A stretch of DNA of 63,121 bases, counting the filler, from Cercozoa sp. M6MM (taxonomy: Eukaryota > Protista > Endomyxa: Ascetosporea), in assembly GCA_040357565.1 (NCBI GenBank). It is 6 parts of 6 records of this genome, joined end to end, with 100 filler letters (N's around TTAATTAATTAA, not from the genome) between each part and the next. Parts side by side here need not be neighbours in the genome. Positions count along the whole stretch, not along the records: positions 1 to 21,574 come from JBDODJ010000194.1; positions 21,675 to 45,037 come from JBDODJ010000171.1; 4 more parts are not named here. The stretch is one strand, 5' to 3'. Below, one piece after another: positions 10,901 through 23,816 of the stretch (position 1 is its first letter; each line of letters opens with the position of its first letter). The position numbers were made by a program, and so were the translations under genes. The notes under the pieces are model-generated. The model was not told the DNA's origin. It saw nothing but the letters and a program-made list of their open reading frames with translations, and ran no database searches.

Positions 10901-12736
10901 TCAGTTCTTCAACATCCCCGCCTCCACTCAGAGCGGAGAGATCTCCACCGCCTTGTGCAATCAACTTTCGCAGTCTACAGCAAGGAAAACCCCCTCTCCA
11001 GAGCTTGACTGCCCTTGAACACAGTACCTTTCATTTTCTTCCTTGAGTTCGCGAATCATGCGGTCTTGCGGGTTTTCGTTCACCACGGCCTTGTTCTTGA
11101 TTTTCTTCGCGCGATCGGCGTAGCGTAAGGTCGACAAAGTCTCGTCGTAGTTGACATCAGCCGGCGACAGCGCAGCGATCATCTGTAACGAAAACACTCG
11201 ACGCAGTAAGTACAGTTCATCTGCTTCGGTTGTTGCAGTCTGAATGAGGGTATCTTACGATAGTTTTCGAGTTGCCACCCTACCCAAATAAGGCATTTAT
11301 TAAAACAGTTTGACGCTCGCAGGACAGCAGTTTATACACAACCTCACCAGAGCATCTTGAAGCAGACGCGTCAAAACACTGTTTCGGTACGGCACGAACA
11401 CCTTTTTCTTACCCATGCTCTTGTCGGCAAGTGCGGAGATGACGTTACCGAGTGCAGAAAGCGACTTGCTGCGGTACAGTTGAGCGTATAGAGTAGCAGT
11501 AAAATTACACATTGAAACTGTGTCAATGCACCCGGCTACACAAACGAAAACTGAAAAAGCGACTCACTTGATGTTGGCTCCTTCCTTCAGACGATCGCCT
11601 GTGGCACCGGTCGACTCTGCTCTTTCAGAACCGGCCAAATCGACGAGGTTGATCACAGAAGTGGTTTCGCTTTCGACTTCGCCGTCTGTTAAATGAACAA
11701 AACTAAAGAGTGACTTCGATAGAATAGTGAATAGGAAGGTTACCGCGCGTTTTCTTGGACAGTTTAATTTGCACGACAGTATGTGCGCGAGAGGAGGTGG
11801 CGTTCATCTGCGTGCTCGCAACTGTTCGATTCTTGGTACCAGTTGCCATCCATTGCTCGACTTCTTCATACGAGTTAACCGATACTGGCGTGAGGCCATC
11901 GACGTACACACCGATGCCTTTGCAGCAGGGCAGACACTGGCATAGCAAACTAAATGTGCAACTGATCGGAGGCATTTTACCCGGCTTCTCGCGGACCTTC
12001 AGACCTCCGGATTTGTTTGCACTTGGGTTGAGCAAATCACGGATCTGCTCGTTGTAGATTTCTAACATTGACACCGTGACAAGAAACGTCACGTTGGGAT
12101 CGTCATTGCCACCAATTCGCTTGAAAATCTCCTCCATTGTGATCGGAATGATGCCTTTGTTGACGCCATATCCGACCATTGAAAAGGACTTGCCTGCAAG
12201 CATCAGCTATAAGCGCGACTCACATACGAATATCTGGTAGTGTATACCAGAGCCTGTCTGTCCCTATTAACAGAGGTGAACACATCAGATATACATGGAG
12301 CAGGCAGATAGAATCTGAGTAGCGATAGTAGGAATACATAGGCGAAGAGGGAGCAGTTGAAGCCTTTCCACGCGTTGTCGAGAATGTCCTTGCCGAGGTC
12401 ATCGAAAACGATTTGCTGTGTCGCGTACTTTGGCTTGGTCGCAACCAGCAAACCGTCAGATTCCTCCTTGTACCCATCATGCGACCAGTACGAAAAGTCA
12501 AAGGTGAACGTCTTCACTTGTCCTGTCTCCGGGTCCTTGATCGTGGTCTGCGCGCCGTTCATGCCAATCACTAGCTTTGATTTCATGTTTACTTCTCGTG
12601 AGTTGAACGGGCGAACCCGCACAGCTGGAGCAAAAAACAAAACTCGTTATCAAAAGAAACACCAGAACAAACGAAAACGAAAAAGTTGCACTCGGCCGGA
12701 AGTGTTTGTACCAACTCGAACAGAAGCATCACCCAT
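7922..12736 (-). CDS. Kinesin-3 family motor (KIF28/KLP-6-like) with FHA, C2-like region and two C-terminal B-box zinc fingers
   Basis: [24 protein letters not shown]|GQTGS|GKS P-loop, [32 protein letters not shown]|GGNSKT, FHA region ([10 protein letters not shown]...RLIFGAN), DPFYDP, and two CxxC...CxxC...CxxC...H...H repeats. Confidence 0.93.
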
Positions 12737-12924
12737 GTTTTTTATACTACTTGGTCTGTTTTTACTTCCTCTGAAGCTTAGAGCGAAATTCGGCAGTTTG
12801 TTGCTTGTTTTTTTCCCGTCCTCGCGGCTGATCAAGGTGAACACTATCCACTCTAAATTTAGTCGTTCATGTTTCCACTTCACGTCGATCAGTTTGAGTG
12901 GGAACCTGTTTGAGAACGCATGCT

Positions 12925-15222
12925 CTATTTAAGCGGTGAACTGAACCCAACTGCGGCGAGAATGCGTTGTCTTCTTAGTTCTCTCAGTTCGTGCGCAGCA
13001 TCGAGGGTACGGGTCGATAAAGGTGCTTGTGCCGGCAGTCGGTACCGGTCGGCGCGGAAGTCGGCATTGACAAGGGCAAAGTTCATGTTTACATTGAGTT
13101 GTCCCACACACTTGAGTTTCTCGCCGAATCTGTTGTCGAACTGGTACTGCAAAAAAGGGTTGGCGGGGGGGGGGGGGGTAAAAATCTACAAACTCGAGAG
13201 ATGTTTAAACTTACACTGTCATCGCCCAAGAGGAAGCGAAAGTCCTTCAGATACCGACCACCACCGAAAAAGCGGCGACTTGCTTCAGACCTTGCATTGC
13301 CGAGCGGACGAAAGCACTGCACTTGGTGCTTTGAGGGCAGCGCTTTCTCTTCTCGATCCAACAACACGCAACCATCTTTCGGTAGCGGGAGCCGCAGTAC
13401 ACCATACCCTTCCTACCAAAAAACGTCGTTTATCTGCACTGCGAGATCAAAAGGATCAGGAAGGGTATAGCACCAAGCGAACGATGCAAAATTCATCAAC
13501 AGAACAGATCTCAAACACCAAAGCAGTAACTTTGTCCGCCTTATCTTCAGCGTTTTCGACTTCTCGAGGTTCGATAAGGGTATCGAACACCACTTGCAGC
13601 GGCAATCCAATGTCATAGACGTGTTGCGTTCGACTTGCTCGTTTGGGTGCCTTTTTAAGAGCAGCATCGCGCAACAACGTGTTTGTGCAGTTGTGCTGCA
13701 CAGAGAAACTCTCGATCTGCTGTTTGTGCTGCCTGCTGGGGGGCAGAGTTGTGTTCACTGTCTCCTTTCGTCCGTGTACAATGGCAGACACCGCGACTGT
13801 GTCCTGGTCATCTCGCATCGTCTCGCTGATGTCGATTTGGCGTTGAGGGTCCTGCAAAGCAAACTGCAGCGGGGTCGGATGAGCCAGTTCAACGTGTCTC
13901 TTGCTGTAGTGTGCGAAGACTGATACGACGAGACCTGCACCTCGATTCGCTGCATCGTCGAAACCGACTGCTTGGCCCAAATCTTAAAACACAGCAAAGG
14001 ACAACATTGTATCCGCACAGTGTTTTCATACTCGAAGACACAGTAAGTTTACCACCGAATCCGTAGAGACGACTTTTCACGTGAATTGGTGTAGCAATCT
14101 TCATTGGACGAACTGTTGCGTTGCGTCTGAGATCTTCGAGACGACGCAGCTTTCGCTGCATGAGCGCACTCCGTTTTTCCGTGTCAGTGGTATGAGGCCG
14201 CTCGCTTAAGCTAACTGGATCATCTTGAACCAGTTCAAGGAAGTACTCAACGAGTCCACCGCTCTCGGTTCTCACGATCAAAGGCGCGTGGTGACTCCCA
14301 TCCGGCTTGGCACGGAAGGGCGTTCCTGTCAGTTTCGGCGACACATCCAGGAAGTTACCATCGACACTGGTGGTCTGGAAGAACGTGAGGGTGCATAATT
14401 AGAGTTGCACTTACAAGACCGATTAAGATAGTACTGCAATGGTCGTCTCGGAGCCAATTTGTTCGCATTTGTGAAGTGTCGACACTGATTGGAGATGTTG
14501 AGCAAAGTCGGTTGCCAAGCGAATCTCCATTCGACTTTGCTCTCGCTCAGCTTTTTGTAGCGTCACAGAAGTCCGTGTGATATTCTTGGCTGCGTGAAGC
14601 TGGGATACTGAAACGTACTGTACGATAGAGGAAACAGTTTACGCAAGATGAGTCGACGTTTAGAATCACGCGCAACCGCACCTGCCATTGTTTCCATCAA
14701 TTTAAGGTGCTGGGCTTTCTGCCCTGCCTCGCGAAAGTCATCGTCGACGAGAGTGCCCACAAGCGATGCGTGCGGCGCCAAGAAGTCGCGTGCAGCCGCG
14801 AAACGTGCTTCCGGATTTCGAAGCACTTCATCGCGCTTCGAATCTCGTTCAGACGGAATCGACACTGCGAGCATTTCTCGCACACGCGAAAACAGCCGCT
14901 TTTCACGCTCAGTGTCAGGTTTGAAATCACAGTGCGAGAAGCTAAGTAACTCACGCGCAGTGAAGTGCTTTTGCTGCCAAACGATCTCAGTGCGATCGAA
15001 ACCACTGCGAGAGCTAAGTTCAGCCATCGTTCGTTCGCGCAAGCGAAGTGTTTTTGCTGAAGTGAGTGCATGCTCGGTTTCGAGGGTATCAGCGTTCTCG
15101 GTCGTCAAACCCGTCACCTCAGCACAGGCGGGTTCGTGTTTTTCAGCTTGCTCGCCAATGACCCGTATCCACACTCGCAGTCGAAGTCGATTCCTATCCC
15201 CCTCAATGTAATACCGCACCAT
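12925..15222 (-). CDS. MKS1: MKS1-like B9-domain ciliary transition-zone protein (divergent)
   Basis: RLRLRV and IVWQQKHF at the N-terminus, then LVFEICSVD...EGYGVLRLP...QCFRP...SRRFFGGGRYLKD...NRFG. Order and wording parallel MKS1 as I recall it (LRLRV, IGWQEKLF, EGYG, WRP, LRRFFIGG, SRFG). Confidence 0.75.
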
Positions 15223-15401
15223 CGCTTTAACTCACCTCAGTTTATTGCTAACCGAATGTGGTTTTTGAGGTTATTGAAAATACAAAAAAAAAACGATAAT
15301 TCCCAGTTCACGGGCTTCCGCGCGAATCCGAGTAAAAAAAAGCTCAGTTTGCAACTTCTATTTGCTTTCTACTTCAGAATCAAGCTCTGCACGACCGTTC
15401 G

Positions 15402-18400
15402 ATGGAGCTCAACCCGTCTGAGGTATGTATCCCTGACCGCGCCGTGAAAGGACGACCAAACGCGTTTTGTGTGGTTCCGCAGATTGGACTGCCTTCGACA
15501 GATGCGCACGAACACGCACTGTCCAAATACCGAGCAAAGCTTGCGGCACTTCGACTGAATCACAAAAAAGCGGAGCAGCGAGGGTTTTTTTCTCGCCCGA
15601 AGCGAGAAACGCGACGAATGACCTTGGAAGAGCTTCGCTACGGATGCAGGACGGAGAGACAGAAACCAAAAACCAGCGATCCGAAGGATCACGCATTTCT
15701 AGCCCGTACCGACGCAGGTTTGGACACGGAAGAAAACGATTTCTTTCAAAATTCGCACAAAGCCAGCATGCGAACAAGTGGTAGGGTTGCTGTGAAGAAC
15801 GAGAACTCCACAGCTGGCGTAAACTGTGACGAATCAGTCGCTTCACTGTCTCGAGACGGAGAAAACAGTGAAGTTAGCACCGAAACGATGCCAAGTGTTT
15901 CGCACAAGGGAGCGACCCCTGAAAGTGTGCCCCGTGATATTGTTCGGTTTCTGCGAACGAAGTCGCCTCCGCTTCAGTTCCGGCACTGGTAAATTATCAA
16001 AGAGATACGTTATGCATGGCAGTTAAAAAAATTTACTCGCCCCTGTGTCCAGCAAAGAGATTACGCAACCTTCGCTCAACAACGTCCGATCTGTGCAGTG
16101 CAGTTCTCGTGAATGGGTACAATTTTACCGTGACATGCCCCCAATGCAAACACCGGGCATTCTCGTGCGCGTGGACAGATTGCAGACGCATGGAACGCGC
16201 TTAGAGAAAGCTATACCGCCGAGCCAGAAGTGGTTGTCTAACTTCAAGTGATTCGAGCTTCGGCGCTACGAGAAACGCAGGTCAACCCACTGTCACCTTG
16301 ACTAAAGAAAGTCGCAAAAGCCGAAACCACTTTCAGCGCACAACTAACGCACTTGAGTTTGTCGCTTTGTAAGAGTTGTCGCAGATGACTGTACTCGCGT
16401 GTGCGCTTTCAATACTACTGGGTTTGGCGCATGCCTCAATCTACGCGCTGCGACCTCGAGCGCCGAAATCAGTGAGTGAACCAAAAGCTTGAATTGCGAC
16501 TGCCTAAATTTAGTTATTGAATTGAGTGTTCAGGGCGATCCGTTGGTCGTGATGATGGCCGTAAAGGATACAAGCACCATCGTCGACACTCAGAGCGACC
16601 GTTACAGACGGTGGCACATGTCACCTCAGACGCTAAACGAGGCACCTCTCACCCCGTTGGGTGCCGAAGTTGTGCCGATGCTCACTGGACGCGGCTCTTT
16701 CGGAATACGCAAGGTTCAACTTCTGTACACATGCTCCATCGTTTAATGGTTATAGCTTAAATTTACTTGTAGGCAACTTCGCTCCTGGTGAATCCTCGCC
16801 TGTGTGCGTTGGCGCTGCCCGATGACACTGCTCCAGCTTCTCGGTTATACCCCATTCAATACGATATTTTGGTACGAAACAGAGAGTCCAATCACAGCAT
16901 CCCCGCAGAAATCTGTTCAAATTTCTCAGAGCGTTCACTTTCCCAAAGTGGACAGTGTATTCCAGTTTGATCAAGCCGAGTGGGAACACGCAGTCTCGGA
17001 GGCGGCAATGGCATGGGTTGACGCGGATTGGTGGATGCAGTATGCCGAATTCTCTCGTTCTGGTAGGATTTTGTCGCTCAGTAAATTTATGTCACGTAAG
17101 TTCCGCCTTACGTGCAGAGGAGGTCACGCCAGCAGCGGTAGCCAGAGAGTGCCAAATGCAGCTGTTGCAACTGATTTCGAAAGATATGAATGTCCTTCAA
17201 AGCGGCTCTGTCGCGAAGTTCCCGGTATTTTAATAATGCTGTAATTTACACTGCGGATATCGTGCCCTGGCATTCACTCATTCTCAAGCTCAGAAAAGAA
17301 CTTGGCGAGTGATGCAACAAGACGCGTCATTACTGCTGTTCTTTGTTCTGCCGGCGCTGTTTCTCGGAGCATCTGGAGAGATGACATTGGGTGCTCTGTG
17401 TACGTTTAGTGAAATTGTGTTAGTAGCTCTTCCTGGCTTTTTCCAATGTTGATCTGTATCAGCGGCGGAACTTAACGCGACACTGCGCAAAGCACACCGT
17501 TGGCAGGTCGACACTGCTGTCGAAAGGTATCTGGGGTTAGCGAGACACGACCGCTCAAAATTATGCACAACCCCAGGTGGCGCGACGTGCGATATTTGAT
17601 GCTGCAACGTGTTCAAGCAGAGCAAAGGAGCAAGATGCTGCAAGCTCTCATTAAAGCAACGTTCGCCAATGCAGTTCTTCGCACATCAGGTACGCCTCGC
17701 TTGTTTAAAAAGCATGCACAGTATTTACTCCCCAGCGCGTTGCTGACAGGGGGCACGACACAGGAGAGATGCGATGCACTCCGCATGTTGTTTCTTTCGC
17801 TTTATGACACATACGACGTTGTCGGCGATGTATTTCATGCATACTTGGTACAGTTTAAAGCTTCGAATGAATATGACCCTCGTGCTTCACTCTGTTGCCA
17901 TTACCAGATTTCGGAACACATTGAGAAAGCAATGGAGACAGCGGCGTCGACTCTGTTGGACTGTCAGTCGGAGCTTTCACTCGATTCCATAGATACCGAC
18001 ACTGTTGACGATGAAGAAAGCGTTGTACGTGCTTCTTTCCAGCAGGAAGCTTCTAAGCGGTAATCCGAATGCTCAGCTCTGCGATTGAGTTGTCTGCATC
18101 GCCAACTCGGCCTCTGTAGGTACGGCAAGCATGTGAAGTGGCTACGACAGGCCCAGTCAAACTCGCGTCTCCTGGCAACAGTTAAAATGCTGCGACATGA
18201 GCGCCACCGCCGCATCGCGCAGACTCTGTCGCACACCTGGCTTGAGCGTATGTTTTGTCGCTAGTTTCAAATGATTTTGACACCTCCACAGGCAAGAAAC
18301 GAAATGAGCGAACAATCGTGGTGCTTCATGAGGATGATGTCGAGGGTGTAAGACACGTGTTGCGACAGGTGACTCCTTTGACGGCTACGAGAATTCGCTT

Positions 18401-18787
18401 TGATGCAGAACTCGGGCTTCTCCCGTGCGACTCGCTTTCAGAGGAAGGGCTGACTGAGAATAGTGCCACATATGGACACCTGCCGTACAGCACTGACGGT
18501 ACTAGTAGATCAACATAGAACCCTGACTACTACATGTTTGTGAGTTCAGAAAGCGCTGATGCAGACGATGAGAGGCACAGCACAACAAGCGGCTCAGATT
18601 GGAGTTCCTGAGTCAAACAGAGCGCCTTCAGTTCGCGTTGTACGATACATTAACGGTCGGGTACTATGTCCGCTTCAGTTCTTCAGCTTGGTCAGCCAGG
18701 CCAACGAAACTGCCAGATGACTACACGTACATCCATGCGTCGCGCACAGTACCGTACTGTACCAGACGTACTGTATACGGTACGTAG
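15402..18787 (+). CDS. Large multi-exon hypothetical protein (3' end approximate)
   Basis: Chain of + strand ORFs (15402, 16045, 16489, 16804, 17500, 18255, 18599) separated by GT-AG intron-like segments. No recognisable domain. Confidence 0.5.
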
Positions 18788-19008
18788 TATGCGTATGCGC
18801 GTGCCAGTCAAGTTAAGGTTACGGCTACAGGCGGTGCACGCGATGCGCGGGTGCGTTTCGTACCTATAGCTGTCTTTGACATGTACAGGACACCTCTAGA
18901 TCTCACGTCATCGCATTCAGCGTAGTTTCTCGAGCTCGTCTCGTTCAGTTTCATCGACTCGTCACCGGCCAAAGAAACGTCTCACTATGCGACAAGACAG
19001 AACGGGGA

Positions 19009-19381
19009 TCAACAACAAGATATGCCTGTGCGCGCGCGCGCGCGTGTGTGTGTGCGTGTGTGGTGGGGGGGGGGGGTACCCTTACTGCGAGCGGCGGGCG
19101 GACTGCCTCCGCGCGGACTGTGTGAGGCACCGGCGGCACGCAGTACGTCGCGTAGCTCGCGGAGGTACTGCATGTAGTGCTTGGACTGTACGAAGCGCGG
19201 AATCGAGTCGGTGGCCAGCAGGCCGCGCACGCAGTCGAGTGCCTCGTCAAAGGCGCGTCGCAGCAGCTCTACCGAGGCAGCCTCGGCCGCCACCTCGCTG
19301 TCCGAGCGCTGTCGCTCGCCAACGACGCCGATCTCCTGCAGGCGCTCCTCGATCCTGTCCCGGGATACAAAAGGTAACTCC

Positions 19382-19439
<58 letters not shown>

Positions 19440-21560
19440 CGCACACACACACACATGCACACGCACACACACACACAATATAAATATAGTAAATGTAGAA
19501 CATCTCTACAGGGCAGATATCTCTGCAACAAAGCAAGCATACTGCCGGAAGATGGAAGAAGGCAGGTTGAGTCGCTCCTTGGCCTTGGGCGCCACGAAAC
19601 GCTGGAACATGCGACGCGCCTGCCGCGGCACCAGACTCGGCGGCATAGTCGCTAGCGCCTCGCTCTCCGACAGCACGTAGAAGTTCTCCGAGCCTGCCCG
19701 GGGGGGGGGGGGGGGGGGAGGGGAAGGGGTGTGATGAGGTAAGAAGGTAGAGGTACACAGAGCGTCCTGCAGGAAGGCGTGGAACACGTGTCGCAGACGC
19801 GGGTTCAGCATGATCTCGCTGAGAGCCGGCAGTCGCAGCAGCGCCGCCTGGCGCAGTTCGTCCTTGTCGCGAGTGCTGCCATTGTTGGCACTGTGACCAG
19901 TACCGTGATTGGTACTATGACTGGAACTGCTGTGTAGAGACACTGACGAAGCGTTGTGCGACGCGTTGAGCTCGCTGAGACCGCTCGAGTTGAGTGCCTC
20001 GCTGTCGCCAAAGTACAGCGCGAGTCGCGCGTCGTCCTCGTCGATATCGGCCACTGGGAGGATAAGGCAGGGGATAAAAAGCAGGGGGTAAAAGGGTGTG
20101 TGTGTGCGCGCGCGTGTGTGTGTGTGTGTGTGTGGGGGGGGGGGGGTACAGTGCTGAATGTCGGAAAAGTCGCCGACGTCACTGGCCTCGGTGAGCATGG
20201 TGGAGGTGCGACTCCAGTCGACCGAGGTTCGCATCGAGGTGCGTGCCGACAGGCCCAGTGGTGGCACCGTCAGCGACTCTGCCGGTGCAACGTGATCTCG
20301 ATTAGTGTGATCGTGACTGGTCGACACTGCTGACACCGTAGGTGACACTGTTGATACTGTCGATGATGATGGCGTCACCGTCTCCTGAGTCGACACCGTC
20401 GCTGATGAGTCGGACACGTGCACAGGGGCACCGCTCGGACCCGTGGCCAGACAGCCGCGCCAGATCGCTCGCGTCGCCGACGCCTGCTGCTCCTGCTTGC
20501 TCGCATGCATCGGCGTGATCTGGATCCTGTAGGTACACGCACAACCATAACTCACACACACACCACACACACACACCGCACTCCCTTAACCACACGGGAC
20601 ACGTGTGGTACAGATCGTCCGGCAGAACGGGTAGTTCGTAGCTGAAGTGTCGCTGTGCCGGCGGCAGACCTGCTCTCACGTTTTGAGTGGTCACGTTTCA
20701 GTGGTCACATGGGTCACACTAAGTGGTCACATCGGGTCACAAAAGTTACCGTAGCGACTGATACACGTGCGCACGAATTCGCGAATGTCGCGCGACTCTA
20801 CACACATGCACTTTACATGAAAACCCCCTCACAAAGGTACCCGTAAAACACCTCTTTAACAAATACAGCCCTGCTAGCAAACATAGCCCTCTTAAGAGAA
20901 TGTAGCCACCATCAATCTCCTCGACACGCTTGCGCAGCAGTTGGAGTCGCAGCGCCGCGCCTTCCTCGATGCGTGCCGTCTCGTCGCACAGTCTCTGCTC
21001 ACAACCTCCATAATTAAATGTACCTTTATGTAAATCCCATACCCTTAATGACACCCACCCCCTTAATACCCTTAATAACACCCAGCCCTTAATAAAACCC
21101 ATCCCCTTAAAAAAATACTCCCTATAGCAAGACCAAAACAGATTGCAAACGCCGTACCAGCAAAGAAAGGCGCGTTTCGTGCAGCACATCGCGGTCGGCC
21201 CGCTGCAGCTCCGCCAGCTCCTTCTGCTGGTCCGTCACGTAGCCTGCAGGGTGGTGGGGGGGGGGAGTAACAGGGGTAACGGGGGGCAACGGGAGGGAGT
21301 ACTGCTCTGCCAGGCCGATAAGGACGATATCGTGCACTGGTACGTCGACAGAGCATCGATCAGTCGCTCCTGCGCTTTGCGCGGTGCACTGATCACATAT
21401 ACACCATCAGTATCGCCAACGATCAGACCGTCGGGATAATCAGTGAGACGGTACGCGCAGAACCGCTCGCAGTGCTGATCACGCAGCACGTTGTGCACCA
21501 GCGGAATCGACGTGTCTGGTCCCGGCGACATTGGCGGCGTCGCCTTGCGCCGGAAATTCT
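19009..21560 (-). CDS. RGS-domain protein (5'-truncated at contig end)
   Basis: LSEIMLNPRLRHVFHAFLQDALC|SENFYVL...QARRMFQRFVAPKAKERLNLP...AFDEALDCVRGLLATDSIPRFVQSKHY is a typical RGS helix pattern, preceded by coiled-coil and Ser-rich segments. Confidence 0.85.
19385..19477. repeat. (CA)n microsatellite, intronic
   Basis: Direct reading of the sequence. Confidence 0.95.
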
Positions 21561-21574
21561 GGGGGGGGGGGGGG

Positions 21575-21674
21575 NNNNNNNNNNNNNNNNNNNNNNNNNN
21601 NNNNNNNNNNNNNNNNNNTTAATTAATTAANNNNNNNNNNNNNNNNNNNNNNNNNNNNNNNNNNNNNNNNNNNN
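21575..21674. other. Artificial contig spacer N44-TTAATTAATTAA-N44
   Basis: Six-frame stop linker flanked by Ns; an identical spacer recurs four more times. Confidence 0.99.
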
Positions 21675-21735
<61 letters not shown>

Positions 21736-21776
21736 CTATAAATTTAGGATACGGAGTATGACAGATAAAGGTACAC

Positions 21777-22790
21777 ATGGACAGGTCGCCGCGGTCGACG
21801 GAGGAGCTGTCGTCGGAGGAGGATGGATCGCCCCAGTTGGTGAACAGCATGGCCGAGTACATGGCGATGAGTGTCATGACCACCTGTGCATGTGCATGCA
21901 GCATGCATAGTAGACATAGTAGATATACAGGGAGTATAGTCAGCCTACGTGGAAGAAGAGGTTGGTGCGGCGTGTTGCCTTCTCCTGCTCTTCCTGTGGT
22001 ATACACACACACACACATGCACACATGCACACATGCACATACAGTCATACACAGGAATACAAGGAGAAACATCACGAGGTGAGAAAGCAAGGTACGTCGG
22101 CAGGCGCAGCGACGGGACGGCCTTCCTCATCGACGTCGACGTTGAGCTGTTCAGTCTGACAGGTGCAGGGTGCAAATACCCCATGGGATAGACATACCTC
22201 CGACAAGGAAGGTCACTATGGTACCTGCGGGTCGCCCTCTTCGTCCACCTCGTCCGTCTCTGGATCGGTGCGACCCTGTGGGCAGGGGTGGTGGGGTAGA
22301 GGTCGGGGGGGGGGTGGGGGGGGGGTAGGTAGGGCAAGGCAGACTGACCTTGGTAGCACCCTCGGTGACGACGCGTTCGACGTTGCGGGAGGCAGAGAAA
22401 CCGATCCACACGAGCGACGCCAGCGCAAACACCAGCGACATCCACTGCACGGCAGGTTATGGGGGGGGGCAAATGTGAGGGTAAAGATAGGGAGTATAGA
22501 GGCATAGGGGTCTAGACACGGTACCATCTCGGGCGAGCTGACGTCCTTGTTGCCCGAGGAAACAGTGTTGCACGTCGACGGGTCCGAATTGAGTGCCGTG
22601 TAGACCTGCAGACACAGACCAGTATTACCACTGGGGGGGGTCCACCTATGTCGACAGGGTACCTGCCAGGTCGAGTAGGCCGTCACAATGCTTGACACGA
22701 GAAGTGAGCCATGTTCCGCCACACCCTGTCAGATAGGGGTAAGAGGGGGTAAGAGGGGAGGGGAGGAACGGGTAAGAGGGGGGTAGGAAT

Positions 22791-22861
<71 letters not shown>

Positions 22862-23679
22862 GGGAAACGATACCGACATGGACACGACGGTGAGCAGCCC
22901 CGTGATAACGTAGGTGGCCGTGATGGCGGCCGACTGCGTGCGGCATGACTCTTCCGTCGCATCGTTGCCCGTGAACAGTCCGTAGAAGAACTACGACACA
23001 GAGGGTACAGGGGTAGGGGTACATGGGTAGGGGTACATGGGTAGGGTACATGGGTAGGGTACATGGGTAGGGTACATGGGTAGGGGTACATTGGTAGGGT
23101 ACATGGGTTGGGGTATATGGGTAGGTACAACGGGCAAGGAACTAACGGGTCAAAGGGTGAGGTACTCCCAGTGCGGTGTAGACGCCGGCGTATAGCAGGA
23201 TGCAGCCGATCAGGAGGTACTTGAGTCCGCCCTCCTGTGCCTTGTTGACTACGACGTCGTTCCAGCGGTACGCCACGTCGACGACTGCTCATGCAACAGA
23301 CACAAAACACACATACTGTATCTGTGCTATACCCCCTGAGTTCACACAGGCAGAGGTACAGATCAGCATCTGGAGCACAATAAACAACACCGACACGACA
23401 CGTGCACTGTGCATGTACACACATAAACGTATAAATAAATACGTATCTATATGTGTGTATACGTATATACACACAGACATACATGTCAGCGTAGACGTTG
23501 AACACTTCGTCGCGAATGAAGAAAACGGCGATGAGTCCGCCGAGCCATAGGAGAAGTTTGAGGCCCCACATCGACACCTACACACGAAGCTTCTCTTTCT
23601 CTGCTGTTGCCATTGGAATTGAGTGGGTGCAGGGTACGTGGAAAGCATTGCCACACGAGGTCAACATGGCCACCACGTG

Positions 23680-23758
<79 letters not shown>

Positions 23759-23768
23759 NNNNNNNNNN

Positions 23769-23816
<48 letters not shown>

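Noticed and set aside
18987-19758. Many HTHT/CVCV/YIYI-rich ORFs in the ORF track
   Set aside because: They are translations of intronic dinucleotide microsatellites.
21575-21674. Recurrent TTAATTAATTAA palindrome flanked by Ns (five copies)
   Set aside because: It is an artificial six-frame-stop contig linker, not biology. Gene neighbourhoods across it are invalid.
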